A stretch of 64,000 bases of DNA from a virus: the IMG/VR virus record IMGVR_UViG_3300047476_000577, positions 40,247 to 104,246 of that record. One strand, given 5' to 3'. Position numbers and translations under genes: made by a program. The notes beneath the pieces are model-generated. The model worked only from the letters and a program-made list of their open reading frames with translations, searched no databases and was not told where the DNA came from. Positions 59,789-64,000 of this stretch are shown here, piece by piece. Every line of letters begins with the position of its first letter. Within the stretch, counting starts at the first letter, position 1.

Positions 59789-59905
59789 TGGAGCCGCCGG
59801 AGGGACTCGAACCCCCATCACTTCCTTCGAATGGAAAAATGAATTGCTGCACGTATCCTTAACAGGATCACCTTTTAAGTGTCCTAACCATTAGACGACA
59901 GCGGC
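59789..59905 (-). ncRNA. CAGCA-handle RNA 8: CCA-ended tRNA body with the handle in place of the anticodon arm
   Basis: GCCGCTG/CGGCGGC-T-CCA, D- and T-arms; internal GTGATCCTG-TTA-AGGATACGTGCAGCAA. Confidence 0.8.
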
Positions 59906-60061
59906 TTAAAGATTGGGAGCCTAGCTATCTGACGTTACTCAGCCTCACTAGATTGTCTCGAATACAAGAGTTTATACAACCTATTAAGTCTACTGCCGTG
60001 TCACACACCAGCCCAGTGTGCTAGACTTAAAGGGACTCATCGTACCGTCTATCCCGTTAAC

Positions 60062-60137
60062 TGGTTGCGAGAGGGTGGAATCGAACCACCGACCTGAAGC
60101 TTATGAGACTCCTGAGATACCACTTCTCCACTCCGCA
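60062..60137 (-). tRNA. tRNA-Met(CAU), bulged acceptor stem
   Basis: TGCGGAG/CTCTCGCA, loop CTCATAA, CCA. Confidence 0.75.
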
Positions 60138-60143
60138 ATATAT

Positions 60144-60218
60144 TGGCGCCCCGTAGGGGAATCGAACCCCTTTATCCCGGTAGACAGCCGAGTATAATAA
60201 CCAATATATGAACGAGGC
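60144..60218 (-). tRNA. tRNA-Asp(GUC), unusual U37
   Basis: Loop CTGTCTA, G73, CCA. Confidence 0.85.
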
Positions 60219-60233
60219 ATAAAACTACTTAGG

Positions 60234-60306
60234 GGTGACGTATGGAATTCGAATCCATCCTATCGGAATCACAATCCGAGGTGCTAACCGCTAACACTAA
60301 CGTCAC
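60234..60306 (-). tRNA. tRNA-His(GUG) lacking encoded G-1 and CCA
   Basis: C73 followed by CCT; T at -1; flanks extend the acceptor by 10 bp. Confidence 0.85.
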
Positions 60307-60324
60307 ACCTAAGTAGTCTAACTT

Positions 60325-60399
60325 TGGCCGGCCCTGCAGGAATCGAACCCACATCTCGAAGTTCGAAGCATCGCATTCTATCCATTGAACTAAGAGCCG
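60325..60399 (-). tRNA. tRNA-Arg(UCG)
   Basis: Cloverleaf, CCA. Confidence 0.88.
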
Positions 60400-60497
60400 A
60401 AAATAAAAATGTATAGTTTCGCCTGCGCCAGCCTATATACTATAAATTATCAATTGATAAGGGGATTCGAACCCATACAGCAAAACTATACTAAACT

Positions 60498-60573
60498 TGG
60501 TGCCCACGACTGGACTCGAACCAGTAACACACGGATTTTCAATCTGCTGCTCTACCATTGGAGCTACGTGGGC
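60498..60573 (-). tRNA. tRNA-Phe(GAA)
   Basis: Cloverleaf, CCA. Confidence 0.93.
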
Positions 60574-61127
60574 ATAAATACTTTACTATGCAATATTATA
60601 AAACACTAGACATTCCTAGTCTACCTGACATACAAACTAGTGTACTATCTGCGCTACCTAACGAGCATTTAACAAATGATTCGTTACGTTATGTTTATGA
60701 TGATCCTGCAACTAGTACAAAATTTTTCCTAGACATACCAGTGTTAAAAGATTTAATCGACTCATATAAGCTGACACAGCATATATCAGGCATTTGCATA
60801 ATCAATAAATCTTCTAACTCTACTACAGACATCCATATAGACAGAGGCTCATACAAGCTAAGTCTAAACATACCTATTATAGGATGCGAAGGTACGTATA
60901 CACATTTTTACAAAACAAACCATTCGCCTGAATTAGTCGAAATGGGAGTCAATAAATTCTGGCGACTAAGGTCTAATCATTGTAGGAAAATGGAAACTCT
61001 AGACACTAGTAAGCCTGCTGTGCTAGACACTTCTGTTCCACACTGTGTAGAAAACTATACTAGCAACACAAGAATAATGCTACTAATACGACTAAAAGGC
61101 TACATCAACTTTGACTGGTTTGAATAA
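60558..61127 (+). CDS. Cupin/2OG-Fe(II) oxygenase-like protein (true start likely MQYY, about 60588)
   Basis: IHID, SLNIPI, TSVPHCV, RIMLLIR. Confidence 0.7.
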   Translation: MELRGHKYFTMQYYKTLDIPSLPDIQTSVLSALPNEHLTNDSLRYVYDDPATSTKFFLDIPVLKDLIDSYKLTQHISGICIINKSSNSTTDIHIDRGSYKLSLNIPIIGCEGTYTHFYKTNHSPELVEMGVNKFWRLRSNHCRKMETLDTSKPAVLDTSVPHCVENYTSNTRIMLLIRLKGYINFDWFE

Positions 61128-61203
61128 TGGTGGTCGGAAGAGCGCTCGAAGCTCCACATTCATCCTTATGAGGGATGCTCTCTTCCTCTTAAGATACCCG
61201 ACC
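61128..61203 (-). tRNA. tRNA-Met(CAU), divergent
   Basis: CAT anticodon, CCA, atypical T-stem. Confidence 0.75.
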
Positions 61204-61207
61204 TAAC

Positions 61208-61285
61208 TGGAGTACAGGGTGGGATTTGAACCCACGAATCAACTGGTTTGCAATCAGTGCCATTAAGCCACTCTGGTACCTGTAC
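61208..61285 (-). tRNA. tRNA-Cys(GCA)
   Basis: U73, CCA. Confidence 0.9.
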
Positions 61286-61294
61286 ATAAACTAT

Positions 61295-61371
61295 TGGCTG
61301 GCCAGGCAGGGATCGAACCCGCGACATCTTGATTAACAGTCAAGCGCAACTACCAACTGTGCTACTGGCCA
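61295..61371 (-). tRNA. tRNA-Asn(GUU)
   Basis: Cloverleaf, CCA. Confidence 0.92.
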
Positions 61372-61507
61372 ATAAACTCATATAGAAAAACTCTCTGCGG
61401 CGCTTGAATCCACGGTAGCCCTGCTCTTCCTGGCCGGTCCTTGCCGTGGTCGACTTTGGCAAGTATTTCGGTGTTCCAGTGTAGCTACTACAAAGAGTTT
61501 TTCTATA

Positions 61508-61584
61508 TGGTGGGACTGCTCGGACTCGAACCGAGACTCTTACCGGTTAAAAGCCGGATGTTTTAGCCATTAAACTACAATCCC
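61508..61584 (-). tRNA. tRNA-Lys(UUU)
   Basis: Anticodon arm CCGG-CTTTTAA-CCGG, CCA. Confidence 0.92.
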
Positions 61585-61588
61585 ATAT

Positions 61589-61663
61589 TGGTCCCTCCGG
61601 TGAGATTCGAACTCACACTTGTCGGATTAAGAGTCCGCTATGCAGCCTTAACATCTCGAAGGG
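61589..61663 (-). tRNA. tRNA-Lys(CUU)
   Basis: Loop CTCTTAA, CCA. Confidence 0.85.
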
Positions 61664-62138
61664 TTAGTGTATTAAATTAGATTTAACGTGCCACCCTGAG
61701 ACCAATACGGGATCTAGAGTGACACTAACGTTTAGCACGTTTCATAGTGTCATTTCCTTTAAATTGAAATTGTTTTGCGACCGTACTTTCTTGCACAGTC
61801 TATACTAACTCTCATCGCAGCACTGCAACAAAACTTTTCGCCGCGTTTAAATTTCCACTCGTTTACTTTAAACGGTTTAAGTACACGATCGCCATTCCAC
61901 GATTGTCTACAGGTACTAATATAGCCTAATCTCTCAAGCTCATTACGTAACTTCGTAAACTCAGGATGGTCCTCCGAATGTACACTTGTGCATCTATCTT
62001 CGCCTTTTAAGACTTTAATAAATTGCTCGTGTGTTAATTCGTTTTTAGGGATATGGTCATACATACCCCATTCTTTTCTAATAGTAACACTGCTAATGAA
62101 TTGATCATCTATATAAAATTGCATTACTACTCCATTGT

Positions 62139-62215
62139 TGGCAGAGGCGTCCGGATTCGAACCGAACCTAACTGAGTCAAAGTCAGTTGTGCTAACCAGG
62201 CTACACCACGCCCCA
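62139..62215 (-). tRNA. tRNA-Gln(UUG)
   Basis: Cloverleaf, CCA. Confidence 0.9.
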
Positions 62216-62223
62216 ACATATTT

Positions 62224-62299
62224 TGGCACCCCCTGATGGACTCGAACCACCGAATGTCGGAATCAAAATCCGATGCCTTACCAACTTGGCGAAGAGGGT
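62224..62299 (-). tRNA. tRNA-Gln(UUG)
   Basis: Cloverleaf, CCA. Confidence 0.92.
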
Positions 62300-62394
62300 A
62301 TAAATTTCGATGCTGGTCTTGGGACTTGTACCCCAGAACTCCATTTCCCTCGACAACACGTCAGGGCGAGTCTGTTTCCTTCTTGCAAGAAATT

Positions 62395-62471
62395 TGGTGC
62401 CGCCACGTGGGCTCGAACCACGGACCCCCGCCTTATCAAGACGGTGCTCTAACCAACTGAGCTATGGAGGC
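62395..62471 (-). tRNA. tRNA-Ile(GAU)
   Basis: Cloverleaf, CCA. Confidence 0.92.
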
Positions 62472-62476
62472 AATAT

Positions 62477-62543
62477 AACAGGATGCTTTTTTACGGGTTT
62501 GATTAAAAGTCAAATGTATAAAGTTTGCTGAACGCATCCTAAA
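62477..62543 (-). ncRNA. CAGCA-handle RNA 9 with Lys-UUU anticodon stem-loop
   Basis: GGATGC/GCATCC handle; cargo TTTGA-CTTTTAA-TCAAA. Confidence 0.8.
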
Positions 62544-62721
62544 TTTAGAGTCTAGTGCTATTACGACATAGCAGCATCCCTTGAGCGAGAGCGTAGGAAC
62601 TTAATCTACGGGTTTAACACCTCTTGGGTCGAACAGCCAGGACAACTACTTGCATTCACTCCGCATAACTTGTTCAAGGTTATGTTTCACTACTAACTTT
62701 CATTTCCAACCAGACGTAACT

Positions 62722-62796
62722 TGGAGCGGGTAGCGGGAATCGAACCCGCAACTTAACCTTGGCAAGGTTGTGTGTTACCACTAGCACCATACCCGC
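62722..62796 (-). tRNA. tRNA-Gly(GCC)
   Basis: Cloverleaf, CCA. Confidence 0.93.
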
Positions 62797-62802
62797 ATAA
62801 AA

Positions 62803-63036
62803 TTAAAATACAATAGCTTCCTTAGTGATCTTACGTAATACTAAGTTAACGCCAGATAACACTAATGCTTGTGTACTAGGATCAATAATAAATCCCCACT
62901 TCATCTGTGCAAACAATGCACCTGCTGCAATAATGTTAACCCAAACGGTTTTAGATGTATACCACTTCTTGCCAGTGTTCTCGCTAAGAATTGCATCTGC
63001 TGCCGCTGTTGTTAAAGAGTCTTTAATAGTTGCCAT
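62803..63036 (-). CDS. Small membrane protein (holin-like)
   Basis: KKWYTSKTVWVN, two TM segments, NLVLRKIT. Confidence 0.65.
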   Translation of the reverse strand: MATIKDSLTTAAADAILSENTGKKWYTSKTVWVNIIAAGALFAQMKWGFIIDPSTQALVLSGVNLVLRKITKEAIVF

Positions 63037-63069
63037 TACATTTTTCCTTTGTCAATGTAATGCTATTTA

Positions 63070-63161
63070 TGGCGGGGAGATAGTAGAATCGAACTCTAAG
63101 CTGCTCATCACAACTCCATCGGTTTTCAAGACCGTGCCAGACCCAGTCTGGATAACTCCCC
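63070..63161 (-). tRNA. tRNA-Ser(UGA)
   Basis: Long variable arm, G73, CCA. Confidence 0.88.
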
Positions 63162-63167
63162 ATTGTT

Positions 63168-63244
<77 letters not shown>

Positions 63245-63250
63245 ATTGTT

Positions 63251-63325
63251 TGGTTCCCAGAGCAAGAATCGAACTTGCAACGACCGGTTATCAGCCGATT
63301 GTTATAACCATTTAACTATCCGGGA
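63251..63325 (-). tRNA. tRNA-Ile(GAU)
   Basis: Cloverleaf, CCA. Confidence 0.88.
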
Positions 63326-63332
63326 AAAAATA

Positions 63333-63410
63333 TGGTCTGGGTGAGAGGATTTGAACCTCCAGCCTCCTGACTCCAAATCAGGCCGTCTACCAAGTTGACA
63401 TTACACCCAG
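63333..63410 (-). tRNA. tRNA-Pro(UGG), A37
   Basis: Loop TTTGGAG, CCA. Confidence 0.9.
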
Positions 63411-63418
63411 ATAAATTT

Positions 63419-63494
63419 TGGTACTCGGTACGGGATTCGAACCCGTTTTTCCAGATTGAAAGTCTAGCGTCCTAACCAAGTAGACGAACCGAGC
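63419..63494 (-). tRNA. tRNA-Glu(UUC)
   Basis: Cloverleaf, CCA. Confidence 0.93.
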
Positions 63495-63500
63495 AAATTT

Positions 63501-63590
63501 TGGTGGAGAGTGATGGAATCGAACCACTTGGCTAGCCACCCCACTTAACAAAGCCTACCGGGTTACAGCCGGCAACGGGGAACACCCTCC
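63501..63590 (-). tRNA. D-armless tRNA-Tyr(GUA)
   Basis: GGAGGGT/ACTCTCC-A-CCA, 10-nt linker instead of a D-arm, loop CTGTAAC, 28-nt variable region. Confidence 0.7.
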
Positions 63591-63826
63591 AGTATTCTAA
63601 AGTACATTAAAACATTGACCGAAAGCAGTGCAAAACGGTTGCAGTAATGTACTTTAGAATACCCTGTATTTCTACAGGATATGACAGGGTTATACCCTGC
63701 CCAGTAATTTTTCACTCCACACAAGGAGCTTCATCCTACTGTCCGCCCTTTTACAACTTATTATAGTGTGTTGTCAGGTCTACGTTACCTGGCCATATAG
63801 GACTTATTTTAACACTTGCTTAAAGC

Positions 63827-63856
63827 AAAAAACCCTAGGTCTTTCGATCCTAGGGT
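63827..63856 (-). terminator. Intrinsic terminator (attenuator) upstream of the tRNA array
   Basis: ACCCTAGG...CCTAGGGT followed by a T-run; its 5' arm has a competing partner at 63905..63912. Confidence 0.8.
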
Positions 63857-63881
63857 CCTTGAAGTTTGTAGTAAGTTTCGA

Positions 63882-63998
63882 TTACTCTCTACCTACATCT
63901 CCTCGGACCCTACGAATGTGCTCATAGCCGCGATCGGATTTATTAATCTGTGACCAAGCAAAGGGCATTGAGCCTTGCTGTGGCAGCACACTAATAAA
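63882..63998 (-). CDS. Putative attenuator leader peptide (5' end possibly outside the window)
   Basis: FISVLPQQGSMPFAWSQINKSDRGYEHIRRVRGDVGRE*; overlaps the antiterminator strand. Confidence 0.55.
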   Translation of the reverse strand, partial: FISVLPQQGSMPFAWSQINKSDRGYEHIRRVRGDVGRE

Positions 63999-64000
63999 TT

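Noticed and set aside
59820-59880. Intron in a tRNA gene
   Set aside because: Too short for group I, no bulge-helix-bulge motif, no anticodon is restored, and it carries the shared handle motif

Overview
Segment of a large (jumbo) T4-related tailed phage genome, almost all on the minus strand. A betaproteobacterial-type porin suggests a Gram-negative host. From left to right: (1) a tailoring-enzyme cluster (Asn-synthetase-like ATP pyrophosphatases, B12 radical SAM, desaturase, GNATs, TauD, AspH-like); (2) thyA/folA and a MoxR-vWA pair; (3) about 24 small paralogues ending in F-x-L-[RK]-W, some carrying major-capsid peptides, including a T4 Gol-like peptide; (4) RNA end-healing/ligation and host-takeover genes (kinase, phosphoesterase, HD hydrolase, Rnl1, nucleotidyltransferase, ClpP, RpoZ); (5) a DUF2828 (Ro60/TROVE-like + vWA) gene next to a 15-kb array of 43 tRNAs covering all 20 amino acids. 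The main discovery is a family of nine non-coding RNAs sharing a covarying 6-bp helix plus an invariant CAGCA 'handle'. Each carries a different cargo: permuted tRNA elbows, bare Lys-UUU and Asn-GUU anticodon stem-loops, a T-arm, or a CCA-ended tRNA body. One copy abuts the RBS of the DUF2828 gene. This suggests a Ro60/Y-RNA-like modular RNP with decoy cargos. The array also appears to be headed by a leader-peptide attenuator that samples many codons, and it contains rrn-like promoters with boxA. All calls come from reading the sequence by eye; no searches were run.
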